A DNA stretch of 41,953 bases, taken from contig JAILGI010000038.1 of assembly GCA_024696885.1 (NCBI GenBank), positions 1 through 41,953 of the forward strand, read 5' to 3'. The notes under the pieces are model-generated. The model was not told the origin of the DNA and ran no database searches. It worked only from the letters and a program-made list of their open reading frames with translations. The DNA comes from Bacilli bacterium (GTDB taxonomy: Bacteria > Bacillota_I > Bacilli_A > RFN20 > CAG-826). The position numbers and the translations under genes are program-made. Positions within the stretch are counted from its first letter, which is position 1, and every line of letters starts with the position of its first letter. Shown here in pieces: positions 1 to 9,782 of the stretch.

Positions 1-1
1 A

Positions 2-610
2 TTACCTAATATTGATGAAAAAACATTTATTGGTGTAAGACTTCCTATTATTAAAAAATATGCCAAAGAAATTGATGTAAAGAGTAGAGAAGAATTCTTA
101 AAATCTCTCCCCCATCAATATCATGAAGAAAACATTCTTCACGCCTTTATTTTGTCAAATATCAAGGATTATGATACATTTATTGACTATGTCGATAAGT
201 TTTTACCTTATGTAACCAATTGGTCAGTATCTGATGCTTTATGCAATAAATATCTTAATAATCACAAAGAAAAACTCATCAATGTTATTTACGAATGGTT
301 AAAGAGTGATGAATTATATCGTGTGAGATATGCGGTTAAATGCTTGATGAATTATTATCTCAACAAAGACTTTAGAGAAGAGCACATTCAAAAAGTAGCG
401 GAAGTCAAATTAGATGATTATTATGTCAAAATGATGATCGCTTGGTATCTCGCTACTGGTTTAGCGAAGAATTACAATTCTTTTATTAAAGCCATCGAAA
501 AGCATCAATTCGATACATTCACTCATAATAAAGCCATTCAAAAGGCAGTTGAATCTTATCGAGTAAGTGAAGATCATAAAACTTATTTAAAAACATTAAA
601 ACTAAAATAG
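2..610 (+). CDS. DNA alkylation repair protein (AlkD-like), 5'-truncated by the window edge
   Basis: Frame is open from position 2 (LPNIDEKTFIGVRLPIIKK...), upstream of the ORF-track start at 152. FLPYVTNWSVSD and YYVKMMIAWYLA motifs are typical of this family. Confidence 0.85.
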   Translation, partial: LPNIDEKTFIGVRLPIIKKYAKEIDVKSREEFLKSLPHQYHEENILHAFILSNIKDYDTFIDYVDKFLPYVTNWSVSDALCNKYLNNHKEKLINVIYEWLKSDELYRVRYAVKCLMNYYLNKDFREEHIQKVAEVKLDDYYVKMMIAWYLATGLAKNYNSFIKAIEKHQFDTFTHNKAIQKAVESYRVSEDHKTYLKTLKLK

Positions 611-623
611 GGTATATAACGAT

Positions 624-1787
624 ATGAAAAAAGTAGTATTTATCGGTGGTGGAGCCTCCACTTTATGTTCCGCGGTTCTATTAAAGAAGAGAGAACCTTC
701 TTTTGAAGTTGTTATCGTAGAGAAAGATAAAAAACTAGGAAAGAAATTATCAATGACAGGAGGGGGTAAATGTAATATTGCTCCTTTAGAAGATAACCCT
801 TCTGTTTATAATGCTCTAGCGCTTGAATTAATCGAAAATACCTTTAAAAACATATCATTATCTCAATATTTATCCTTATTAAAAGAAATCGGATTTGATA
901 CAAAAACAATTAAGGATTACGGTTATTATCCGATTCATGAATCCGCTCCACAAGCAGTGAAGAACCTCTATCATCAAATCAATAAATTAGGCATTAAAGT
1001 TATTTATGATGAGTTCCTTGATTATGAAAGCAAAAACAATAAAGTAACCATCAAGTTAAAAGAACAAAACATTGAAGCTGATTATTTAATCATCGCTACT
1101 GGTGGTTTATCTAAAGAAATGAGAAATGTTTTTGAAAATCACAATGTTAAGGTCACAAAAACATATCCAGGTTTATGCCCAGTTAGATTAAAAGAAAATG
1201 TTGCCTCTTTATTTGGCTGCCGCTTTGAGGCAACAATCACCCTTTTTTATAAGAAGGACATTGTTAAACAATGTTATGGTGAAGTTCAATTCAAAAAAGA
1301 TGGCTTGTCTGGTATACCCGTCCTCAATATGTCCTCTTTGATATCTCGCAAAATGATCGATGAGGATATCAATATGAATGATTATCAAATTAGCATTGGT
1401 CTTCCTGAACAATTACATGTAGACATTTTAGGTAAAACAGTTGAAGAAGCATTTCTAATGCTTTTTAAAGAAGAATACGCTAATTATATGATTGAAAAGC
1501 ATGACTTAAATAAAAAAGAAATTATCAATCAATCATTAGAAAAAATCATTCTTAATATTGTTCAAGATGAAAGATTTACAGTCGAATCATTATATGACTT
1601 TAAAGATGGCCAAGTAACTGTTGGTGGTGTCTCTTTGGATGAAATTAATAAGGATTTCGCATTAAAAATAACCACAAACGTCTATGTTATCGGTGAAGCA
1701 TTAAATGTCGATGGCATCTGTGGTGGATATAACTTACGATTTGCTATCGCGTCTGGATTTATCGCAGTCCATTCGCTTGTAAAATAA
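624..1787 (+). CDS. HI0933/BaiN-family NAD(P)/FAD-dependent oxidoreductase
   Basis: N-terminal VFIGGGAS, GKKLSMTGGGKCN, VTVGGV and GEALNVDGICGGYNL motifs. Confidence 0.9.
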   Translation: MKKVVFIGGGASTLCSAVLLKKREPSFEVVIVEKDKKLGKKLSMTGGGKCNIAPLEDNPSVYNALALELIENTFKNISLSQYLSLLKEIGFDTKTIKDYGYYPIHESAPQAVKNLYHQINKLGIKVIYDEFLDYESKNNKVTIKLKEQNIEADYLIIATGGLSKEMRNVFENHNVKVTKTYPGLCPVRLKENVASLFGCRFEATITLFYKKDIVKQCYGEVQFKKDGLSGIPVLNMSSLISRKMIDEDINMNDYQISIGLPEQLHVDILGKTVEEAFLMLFKEEYANYMIEKHDLNKKEIINQSLEKIILNIVQDERFTVESLYDFKDGQVTVGGVSLDEINKDFALKITTNVYVIGEALNVDGICGGYNLRFAIASGFIAVHSLVK

Positions 1788-1932
1788 GATAAATGGTGGA
1801 AATCGCCACTCTTTTGGCCATTTATAGCCATTTTTTATTGTCCTTTCAATAAATAATAATTTCGCAAAAGCGAACTTATATTTATTATTTTTAATAAATT
1901 GTAATATAATGTTTCTCAAAGGAAATACTATT

Positions 1933-3969
1933 ATGGGAAAGACTATTAGAAGAATCAAAATCGTATCATTTGTACTTATCATTACACAATTAGTGCTTAT
2001 TGGACTATTTGTGGCTTTTTATTTTAATAAACTATTTAAAGTTGACACTATTAATAGTAAATACATCCTCATTGGTGCTTCCAGTTTAGTTTTCCTTGAT
2101 TGTTTATACGTTTGGATTATTTCCCTTATTATTTCATCTTTACGTCAAAAGACAGACTTACGTGCTGCTGAAGTTATCGGTGGTGATATTCAAGAAGCCT
2201 ACAACTTCGCCATGATCGGTTTATTAGTCGTGGATGAAAGTGACACCATCGTATGGACAAACGATTTATTCAAACAACGTCATATTGACATCATCGATAC
2301 CAAAATCTTTGAATGGCAACCTGATTTACAAAGTTTAAAAGACACAAATAATCCTGATAGTTCCGTTAAAGTGGTTATTAACTCCCGTAACTATGAAGTT
2401 AAATATCTTGCTGATGCAGGATTATGGATCTTTAAGGATATTACCGATTACGAATCATTATTAAAATATTCCAAAGAACAAGCCCCTGTCGTTGGTGTTC
2501 TCGCTATTGATAACTACCAAGATGTTATTCGTGGTGAAGACGACTTTAACGACGTGGTTACAAAAGTGAAAAACGTTATCTTTGCATATGCAAAAGAATA
2601 TGGCATTCTCCTTAGACGTGTTAAGGATGATAACTATTCTATGCTTTGTAGTTATGATAGTTTCACCAAAATGAAAGCGGATAAATTCTCCATCATTAAT
2701 GAAGTCCGCGCTGTTTCTTCTGGTGAAGATATTCCATTAACTCTTTCCATCGGTTTAGCTCATGACTTCCCAGATGTTATTAAATTAAATGAACTAGCTA
2801 GTAATGCTTTAAATATCGCCGTTAGCCGTGGTGGTGACCAAGTTGTCGTCTCCGTTTTCGGTGGCGAAATGGAATTCTATGGTGGCAAAACCGAAGCTCA
2901 AGAAAAACGTAACAGAGTTAAAATCCGTGTTCTTGCTGACTCCTTAATCACTTTATTAAAGAGTACATCCAACGTCTTAATTATGGGTCACACCAATATG
3001 GATATGGATGCCTTTGGTGCCTGTTTGGGCGTAAAAGCAATATGTAATCGTCTCCAAATCCCTGCGATGATTGTCGCTGATTTAAAGGCCACCGAGATGA
3101 AAACAAGAAGTGCGATGACCTCTTCATTCTCAAGAGAAGAATTAGAAAAATTGGTTGTTAATTGTAAGGATTCAGAGGCCTTAGTACATCCAGATACCTT
3201 ATTAGTGGTTGTTGATGTCCATAAACCCGACATGACTATGGCGCCTCGCCTTATTGAAAAATGTTCAAAAGTCGTTGTTATTGACCATCATAGACGTGCT
3301 GAACAATATATTGAAAATCCAGTCTTTAACCACATCGATCCAGCGGCATCTTCCACATGTGAAATTATCGCTGAATTCATTCGTTTCTCCTCCATTAACC
3401 CGAGAATCGAATTATCATCTACATACGCGACAATCATGCTAGCGGGTATCTTCCTCGACTCTTCCTTCTATAAGAGTAGAAATACCGGTATCCGTACATT
3501 TGAAGCATCCACTATTCTTAAAGAATACGGTGCAGATAACTCCTTAGCTGATGATTATCTTAAAGATGACTTTGAAGAACATAGAGCGGTTTACGATATC
3601 GTCAACAAAATGGAACACCCATTCTATGGCGTTGTCGTTTCTATCGCTAATCCATTACAAATATTTGACCAAGCAACAATTTCTAAAGCAGCGAATGCCT
3701 GTTTACAATTTAAAGGTGTGCATGCATCCTTCGTTATTGGTAAAACAGCAAGTCACGAAATTAAGATTTCTTGCCGTAGTGATGGCACAATTAACGTCCA
3801 ATTACTCGCTGAGAAATTAGGTGGTGGAGGTCACTTCTCCATGTCCGCGGTTACACTTGACCGTGCGACAGTTGATAGCGCAAAACAAGCCCTTATAGGC
3901 GTCTTAAATACATACTTATCAGAAGCGACATACGATGACCGCAATCGTCGTGGTGAGGAGGAAGAATAA
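1933..3969 (+). CDS. gdpP: c-di-AMP phosphodiesterase GdpP (2 TM, PAS, degenerate GGDEF, DHH/DHHA1)
   Basis: [23 protein letters not shown] and LGGGGH motifs; directly upstream of rplI-dnaB. ATG 1933 follows AAAGGA (ORF track starts at 1909). Confidence 0.93.
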   Translation: MGKTIRRIKIVSFVLIITQLVLIGLFVAFYFNKLFKVDTINSKYILIGASSLVFLDCLYVWIISLIISSLRQKTDLRAAEVIGGDIQEAYNFAMIGLLVVDESDTIVWTNDLFKQRHIDIIDTKIFEWQPDLQSLKDTNNPDSSVKVVINSRNYEVKYLADAGLWIFKDITDYESLLKYSKEQAPVVGVLAIDNYQDVIRGEDDFNDVVTKVKNVIFAYAKEYGILLRRVKDDNYSMLCSYDSFTKMKADKFSIINEVRAVSSGEDIPLTLSIGLAHDFPDVIKLNELASNALNIAVSRGGDQVVVSVFGGEMEFYGGKTEAQEKRNRVKIRVLADSLITLLKSTSNVLIMGHTNMDMDAFGACLGVKAICNRLQIPAMIVADLKATEMKTRSAMTSSFSREELEKLVVNCKDSEALVHPDTLLVVVDVHKPDMTMAPRLIEKCSKVVVIDHHRRAEQYIENPVFNHIDPAASSTCEIIAEFIRFSSINPRIELSSTYATIMLAGIFLDSSFYKSRNTGIRTFEASTILKEYGADNSLADDYLKDDFEEHRAVYDIVNKMEHPFYGVVVSIANPLQIFDQATISKAANACLQFKGVHASFVIGKTASHEIKISCRSDGTINVQLLAEKLGGGGHFSMSAVTLDRATVDSAKQALIGVLNTYLSEATYDDRNRRGEEEE

Positions 3970-4421
3970 TGAAAGTAATATTACTCAAAGATGTGAAGAA
4001 ACTTGGCAAGAAAGATCAAATTGTCAATGTTAGTGATGGCTACGCCACCAACTTCCTTTTTCCTAACCGCCTTGCTGTCGCTGAAAGCCAAAAATCAAAA
4101 GAAATCCTCAATAAACAACAAGAAGACGCTCGTATTTTAGAGGCAAATTTAAAAGCAAAAGCCTCAGAACTTGCCGAACAATTAAAATCATTAGAAGTCA
4201 CTTTCCCTGTTAAAGTAGGAAAAGACGGCAAATTATTCGGTAACGTTTCTTTAAAACAAGTCGAAGAAGCTATGCTTAATCAACATAACATTACAATTGA
4301 TAAGAGAAAATTTATTGATAAAGGACCGCTAGACGCCCTTGGATATCATCGCTTAAAAATCGAATTACACAAAGGTGTCGTGGGTGTTATCAATGTCCAT
4401 ATCGTTGAGGAGGGTAAATAA
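3969..4421 (+). CDS. rplI: 50S ribosomal protein L9
   Basis: [15 protein letters not shown]...[12 protein letters not shown] and GKLFG. Confidence 0.98.
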   Translation: MKVILLKDVKKLGKKDQIVNVSDGYATNFLFPNRLAVAESQKSKEILNKQQEDARILEANLKAKASELAEQLKSLEVTFPVKVGKDGKLFGNVSLKQVEEAMLNQHNITIDKRKFIDKGPLDALGYHRLKIELHKGVVGVINVHIVEEGK

Positions 4422-4423
4422 TT

Positions 4424-5920
4424 ATGGCTAAAAGAGTAAGAACTGACCTTCCTTATAATGCTGACGCAGAAAGAGCCGTTTTAGGTTCTGCCTTCTTAAC
4501 AAAAGAAGCACTTTATAGCGTGCTTTCCCGCTTAGATGAAGAAGATTTCTATGAAGGAAAACACCAAATTATCTATCGCGCTTTAGCGTCTTTGCAAAAG
4601 AAGAGCATCGCTGTTGATATCTTAACAGTTACAGAAGAACTCATTAATGCGAAAGAGATTGAAAACGTTGGTGGAGCAAAATATTTACAAGAATGCGCCG
4701 ACTCAATGGTGGCGATTTCATCCTTAGAATTCTATATGAATATCGTTAAAGACCAAGCGGTCTTAAGAAATCTTTTAATCAACCTTCGTGAAATCGATAA
4801 TCGTTATAAAACGGAAGAAATCGAAGATGTCGATAGTTTCATTGCCTCCGCTGAAGAACAAATCAAAGCGGCCACAGAAAAGAGAAGAATTTCCACCTTT
4901 AAATCCGCTGAAGAAGTGGCAAAAGTCGTGGCAATGTCCCTTCAAACACAACAAAAACTCGATGATGAAAACGTCACTGGTTTAACAACTGGTTATGACA
5001 ATATTAATAAATTAACTAATGGTTTCCAAAAAACAGAATTGACCATTATCGCCGCTCGTCCATCTGTTGGTAAAACCGCTCTAGCGCTTAACTTTGCTTA
5101 TAAAGCCGCCACTAGAAAACAAGTACCTGTTGCTATCTTCTCATTAGAAATGGCGTCTGAACTCTTAGTGAGACGTCTTGTCGCCGCGGATAGCAATGTT
5201 CCACTTCAACATATCAGCACCGGTACATTAAGTGGTCAAGAAAGAGCGAAAGTCGCTTCTGCTATTAAAACAATTTCCGCTGCACCAATTTATATCGATG
5301 ATTCTCCAGGCATTAAATTAATGGATATCATCGCTAAATCTCGTCAATTACAATCGCAACATCCGGATCTAGGATTAATCGTCGTCGATTATTTAGGCTT
5401 AATTACCACAGGTAATACTTCTAAAGGAAACGACTCCCGTCAAGAAGAAGTGAGAAAGATTTCCTTAGCCTTAAAAGGTTTAGCGAGAGACTTAAAAGTC
5501 CCTGTCGTTGTTCTTTCTCAATTATCTCGTGATGTTGAAAAACGTGATACTAAAAAACCAATGCTTTCTGACTTACGTGATTCTGGTTCTATTGAACAAG
5601 ACGCTGATGTCGTTATGCTCTTGTATCGTGAAGACTATTATAAGAACTCTAAGAAAGAAACAAGCGCTGGCAATAAGAAAATGGGCAAATTAACCCAAGC
5701 TGAAAGATTCGAAATGGTGAAAGCCGCCCAAGAAAAACAATTAGGCGAAGCTATGCCAGGCGATGCCTCATATATTGAAGTTAATATCGCTAAAAACAGA
5801 AACGGTCAAACCGGTACATGTGGTTTATTCTTCTATAAAGCATTTGGTCGTTTTGAACTTCCAAGCCCTGAATGGGAAGAACAAATGGCGAATATTCGCG
5901 CAGGTGAAGAAATCGACTAA
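4424..5920 (+). CDS. dnaB: Replicative DNA helicase
   Basis: AARPSVGKT Walker A, FSLEM, VDYLGL, LSQLSR, DLRDSGSIEQDAD and AKNRNG. Confidence 0.98.
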   Translation: MAKRVRTDLPYNADAERAVLGSAFLTKEALYSVLSRLDEEDFYEGKHQIIYRALASLQKKSIAVDILTVTEELINAKEIENVGGAKYLQECADSMVAISSLEFYMNIVKDQAVLRNLLINLREIDNRYKTEEIEDVDSFIASAEEQIKAATEKRRISTFKSAEEVAKVVAMSLQTQQKLDDENVTGLTTGYDNINKLTNGFQKTELTIIAARPSVGKTALALNFAYKAATRKQVPVAIFSLEMASELLVRRLVAADSNVPLQHISTGTLSGQERAKVASAIKTISAAPIYIDDSPGIKLMDIIAKSRQLQSQHPDLGLIVVDYLGLITTGNTSKGNDSRQEEVRKISLALKGLARDLKVPVVVLSQLSRDVEKRDTKKPMLSDLRDSGSIEQDADVVMLLYREDYYKNSKKETSAGNKKMGKLTQAERFEMVKAAQEKQLGEAMPGDASYIEVNIAKNRNGQTGTCGLFFYKAFGRFELPSPEWEEQMANIRAGEEID

Positions 5921-5922
5921 TT

Positions 5923-6675
5923 ATGAAATTCAATATCATCAGTAGTGGTTCCAAAGGTAACGCCACGATTGTGAGATATAAAGAAACAAACATCCTCATT
6001 GATATGGGGATTTCTTTAACTCGTCTTGAAGATGGATTAAAGATGTTTAATCTCACTGTCAAAGATATCGACGCGGCTATCTTTACCCATGACCACGCTG
6101 ATCATATCTCCGGTTTAAAATTCCTTTCTCCCAAAATTCAATATGCACTAGAGGGAACTTTACCCACAAATAGCAATGTGGTTCATCTATTTGAACCATT
6201 TATCGTTAAAGATATTAAAATTACACCATTCCCAACTTCACACGATGCGAAAAACCCATGTGGATATATCCTAGAAGCGGGTAATGAAAAATTAACATAT
6301 GTTACAGATACCGGCTTTTTCCCAGAAGAAAGTGAAGAAATCGCTGAGAATCCCACATATTTAATTATCGAATCAAATCACGATATTAAAATGCTTTTGC
6401 ACACCAATAGGACATATGAATTGAAAGCAAGAATCATGTCTAACGTAGGACATTTATGCAACGAAGATTCCGCGATTGCGACAGTAAGATTAATTGGTGA
6501 TAGAACCAAAGAAATCTATTTAGCTCATTTATCCGAAGAAGCGAATACTCCCGAAGTCGCTTTATCCGCCTATTATAAAATCTTCAAACATTTCAATGTA
6601 AACATTGATGATTATCTATTAAAGTGCGCTAATCAATGGGAATGCACACTGGGAGGTAATCTCGATGAAGATTAA
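5923..6675 (+). CDS. walJ: MBL-fold exonuclease WalJ/YycJ
   Basis: SSGSKGN, THDHADH, SHDA, ESNHD, GHL and LAHLSEE motifs; next to rlmH. Confidence 0.85.
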   Translation: MKFNIISSGSKGNATIVRYKETNILIDMGISLTRLEDGLKMFNLTVKDIDAAIFTHDHADHISGLKFLSPKIQYALEGTLPTNSNVVHLFEPFIVKDIKITPFPTSHDAKNPCGYILEAGNEKLTYVTDTGFFPEESEEIAENPTYLIIESNHDIKMLLHTNRTYELKARIMSNVGHLCNEDSAIATVRLIGDRTKEIYLAHLSEEANTPEVALSAYYKIFKHFNVNIDDYLLKCANQWECTLGGNLDED

Positions 6676-7144
6676 GATTTATGCGATTGGTAAAATCAAA
6701 GAAGACTATCTTAAGATAGGCATTAATGAATATTTAAAGAAAATTAAACCCTATTCACAAATTGAAATTATCGAAGTTAATGATGAACCAATTTATGATG
6801 CGAGTAGTGAAAGTGAAATAGAGCAAGCCAAAGATAAAGAAGGTCAAAAAATCCTGCAATTAGTCAAAAGTGGTGAATACCTCATTGGCTTAGATTTAAA
6901 TAAAAAAGAATACACATCCCCCTTATTTTCTGAATATCTCAATAAAAAACTCGTCGATAATGGTGCTTCTATCTCCTTTGTCATCGGAGGTTCATATGGG
7001 TTAAGTGAAGCGTTAAAAAAACGCTGCAATGACTCCATATCTTTGTCGCAAATGACATTCCTTCATCAAATGACAAGATTAATATTACTTGAACAAATAT
7101 ACCGCGCTTTTAAAATATTAAGAAACGAAACATACCACAAATGA
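6665..7144 (+). CDS. rlmH: 23S rRNA m3-pseudouridine1915 methyltransferase
   Basis: FVIGGSYG and MTFLHQMTRLILLEQIYRAFKI...YHK C-terminus. Confidence 0.97.
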   Translation: MKIKIYAIGKIKEDYLKIGINEYLKKIKPYSQIEIIEVNDEPIYDASSESEIEQAKDKEGQKILQLVKSGEYLIGLDLNKKEYTSPLFSEYLNKKLVDNGASISFVIGGSYGLSEALKKRCNDSISLSQMTFLHQMTRLILLEQIYRAFKILRNETYHK

Positions 7145-7479
7145 AACAGGAAGAATTTAAAGATTTAAAAGAACTAAAAGATGAACAAAACCCATTCTCT
7201 AATCTCTATGAATTAGAAAGTGGTGATACCTTTTATATGGAACCTGTTTTCTATACCCAATTAAAAGGTTTTAAAGATCATTATCCTGAGCAATACGCAC
7301 GTATTATTAAAGAGGTAATAGAGCTAGTGAAAAAGAACCATCGTGTCATTTTTACTGGTAACTATGAATGCCCCTTAACAAATAAAGAAGGATATATCTA
7401 TTTAGAAATAACGGATGTAACTGATCCATTAAAAATATTCGTGGAAGATAAAAGCCGCGGATCAGATTATGGAGATTAA
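7141..7479 (+). CDS. Hypothetical protein
   Basis: 112-aa ORF with ATGA overlap on the rlmH stop; followed by a terminator. Confidence 0.75.
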   Translation: MKQEEFKDLKELKDEQNPFSNLYELESGDTFYMEPVFYTQLKGFKDHYPEQYARIIKEVIELVKKNHRVIFTGNYECPLTNKEGYIYLEITDVTDPLKIFVEDKSRGSDYGD

Positions 7480-7481
7480 AA

Positions 7482-7505
7482 AAATCGCACGTGTATGTGC
7501 GATTT
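7482..7505. terminator. Bidirectional intrinsic terminator
   Basis: AAATCGCAC-gtgtat-GTGCGATTT flanked by A and T runs, between convergent genes. Confidence 0.8.
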
Positions 7506-7510
7506 ATTTT

Positions 7511-8554
7511 TTAATATTGAGGTCTCAATTGTCTCATCGATAACCACATGATTCTCAAGCCCGCGAGAGCGATGAATAACATTTGGGCGAAGGATGATAA
7601 GAGGAATCCTAATAAGAGAGATAATAACGCTGGTGATAAGATAGCCCACCAAACGATTTTTTCACAATCGATGAACTTGAGGTAATTGAACATATTGTTT
7701 TTGCCTCTTGTCATGATGAAGACTAATAATCCAAGAAGGAGTGCTAAACCAGCATAGATACCCCAGAAGAGGAAGGTAGAAACTCTAGTGTTGAAACTCT
7801 TTTGGGTTAAATAGGCCTTATTATAATAGCCTTTCCAAACTTTTAAGACGCTATCAACATATTCTTGTTTGTTGAGTTGAGCGGCGCCATCAGGTAAGGA
7901 TTCAGCGATTAATTTTGTACCCACATCAATGTGCTTCCAGTCTGCGGAGAAAGCAGTATATGTTCCTGAACCAGCTTCTGTAGAATTGTTTTTATTAATT
8001 CTAGTGTAAACACCTTTACTATGAAGGGCGATGAATGATGGAGCGTATCCGCTTTCTTCTTCGCCAGGTGCTTCTGTGGAAGAACCCAATTTATAGGATT
8101 GCTTTTCAATATTACCAATCCATTCTTTATAAGAAGCGGAATCAATCTTGGTCGCGGAATAATAGATTTCTAAATCGATTTGATTGGTTTCGGAATTAAT
8201 GACTTGATAAACTGGCTTTTCATCATCGTAATTTGCCACCGGAACTTCTGTGCCATTTTCGGTATATGCTAAATAGGCACCTTCTTTGACTTCAAAGTCC
8301 TTTTTGGCTTCGTTTAATTTGACACAAGCTGTCGCTAAACTTTGATCAAAGCCATAGATGTTGCTGCTTAAGAAAGAAGAACCATAACTATTAGCTTGTC
8401 CAACAGTAATAGGAATAACAGGAATAAAAGAAGCGATAACAAAAATAATAAGGGCAACCCACCATGGGTGTGTTTTCGCACCATCGATGACGCGGTCATT
8501 GCTGACTAATCCCCCGAATAAACTTAATAAGAAATTCTTAGTTCTTGGTTTCAT
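7511..8554 (-). CDS. Membrane protein (N-terminal TM, large external domain, about 3 C-terminal TMs; DUF1189/MalA-like topology)
   Basis: Hydrophobic segments at both ends; GTGAGG SD upstream. Family suggested by topology only. Confidence 0.6.
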   Translation of the reverse strand: MKPRTKNFLLSLFGGLVSNDRVIDGAKTHPWWVALIIFVIASFIPVIPITVGQANSYGSSFLSSNIYGFDQSLATACVKLNEAKKDFEVKEGAYLAYTENGTEVPVANYDDEKPVYQVINSETNQIDLEIYYSATKIDSASYKEWIGNIEKQSYKLGSSTEAPGEEESGYAPSFIALHSKGVYTRINKNNSTEAGSGTYTAFSADWKHIDVGTKLIAESLPDGAAQLNKQEYVDSVLKVWKGYYNKAYLTQKSFNTRVSTFLFWGIYAGLALLLGLLVFIMTRGKNNMFNYLKFIDCEKIVWWAILSPALLSLLLGFLLSSFAQMLFIALAGLRIMWLSMRQLRPQY

Positions 8555-8635
8555 TTGAATACCTCACTTTGCTTGTATATTGTATGGTATAAGGTTCTAT
8601 TTTACAAATAGATTTTTATAAGGGTCTAATATTCG

Positions 8636-8663
8636 TTGATTTTCTTTTGCTTTTTGATAGAAT
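8636..8663 (+). promoter_or_regulatory. SigA-type promoter of ssrA
   Basis: TTGATT-16 nt-TAGAAT with extended -10 TG, about 20 nt upstream of the tmRNA. Confidence 0.65.
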
Positions 8664-8684
8664 TATTCCGCAAATAGCACAAGT

Positions 8685-9081
8685 GGGGTCGTACTGGTTT
8701 CGACAGGGATGTGCTAGGCTCTAACTGCAGCCGGTTGGTCACCGTGATAACCAAAAGAAAAATAACTGACAACAGTTATATGAGAGCTCCTAGAGCTCAA
8801 TCACTCTGCTTAGCTTAATTTAAGCACTCGACATAGAGTTCCGACGCTACGCGCCGGGCAGAGCATCCTCCAGGGTTTTAGCCTTTCACGCCTGGTCAGG
8901 GTGTCATACCAAAAGGATAATTATTGTTTGAAGGCAAATGGAACAATAATGAAATTAGAATTAGCCTCGCATGTGAAGTGAGTCGATATACAAAGCATGT
9001 TAAATAAAAATATCGTCTAAGCTGTAGACGTTATTGAAGAGCCATCTTTGGACAGGAGTTCAATTCTCCTCGGCTCCACCA
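8685..9081 (+). ncRNA. ssrA: tmRNA
   Basis: 5' GGGGTCGTACTGGTTTCGACAGG; 3' T-arm AGGAGTTCAATTCTCCT plus CGGCTCCACCA; G3:U acceptor pair; tag frame 8768-8818 after ATAACT. Confidence 0.96.
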
Positions 9082-9087
9082 AAATAA

Positions 9088-9679
9088 TGAAACTTCCCCC
9101 AAAATTTTGCCCAAATCAGGGTAAAATGGAAGGGGGTTTTATTTATGCCAGACAATACTCTTAAATACACCCGAGCGGAAAAACTCAAAATCGTCAAAGA
9201 ACATGTTGATGATGGTTTGTAATACGATGAATTATCAAAAAAATATGGTTTGGCAACTTCTACAATCAAATATCAAGTTCGCTTATATTTAGCGCATGGC
9301 GATTCCATCTCACTAGCGATATTGCAAAGCGATATGGGATGGCAATATCAAATGCAAAAATATCATGACAAATTGGAAGAATTAAAGATAATTCAATCAA
9401 TGTCTAGAAAAGGAAATTGCTTAGATAACTCTCCAACTGAGAACTTCTTTGGGCGAATGAAAGAAGAAATGTTTTATGGTAAAGAGCATTTATATAAAAC
9501 TATATCGCAGCTTGAGGAAGCAATTATTCGATACATCGAATATTACAATAAAAAAAGAATTGTTGTTAAACTAGGTATGAGTCCATATCGATACCGATTA
9601 TCTTTACAAAATAATTGTAATCTAGTTTAATGTAGGCAAGAGTTAATACCCATTGGGCAAAAGAAATGGGGAAGGTACA
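9088..9679 (+). mobile_element. Internally deleted IS3/IS150-family insertion sequence (592 bp)
   Basis: TG...CA ends with imperfect inverted repeats (TGAAACTTCCCCCAAAATTTTGCCCAA vs revcomp TGTACCTTCCCCATTTCTTTTGCCCAA); transposase remnant inside. Confidence 0.88.
9145..9630 (+). pseudogene. IS3 transposase pseudogene (OrfA HTH joined to OrfB C-terminus)
   Basis: MPDNTLKYTRAEKLKIV... has TAA at 9220; the same frame continues into QSDMGWQY and SMSRKGNCLDNSPTENFFGRMKEE. Confidence 0.88.
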
Positions 9680-9687
9680 AGAACCTT

Positions 9688-9716
9688 AAAAGCGGCGTAA
9701 GTCGCTTTTTTATTTC
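9688..9716 (+). terminator. Intrinsic terminator, probably the original ssrA terminator
   Basis: AAAAGCGGC-GTAA-GTCGCTTTT followed by a T run. Confidence 0.8.
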
Positions 9717-9723
9717 TTAAACG

Positions 9724-9754
9724 AAAAAAGCCAAGGCTAATTTTCACCTTGGCT
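9724..9754 (-). terminator. Intrinsic terminator of the LRR protein gene
   Basis: AGCCAAGG...CCTTGGCT stem with a T-tract on the minus strand. Confidence 0.75.
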
Positions 9755-9782
9755 CATTCTAATAAATTAGAATCATTAACGA

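Noticed and set aside
1788-1875. Hairpins upstream of gdpP as a c-di-AMP riboswitch
   Set aside because: No ydaO consensus; more likely a weak terminator.
5642-5776. Intein in DnaB
   Set aside because: Too short and lacks the C/S...HN splice motifs.
7120-7144. rlmH 3' end as an SCC-like integration site
   Set aside because: No second copy of the sequence noticed and no recombinase downstream; the next gene is coupled to rlmH.
9060-9269. 69-aa minus-strand ORF
   Set aside because: Antisense to the tmRNA end and the IS; spurious.
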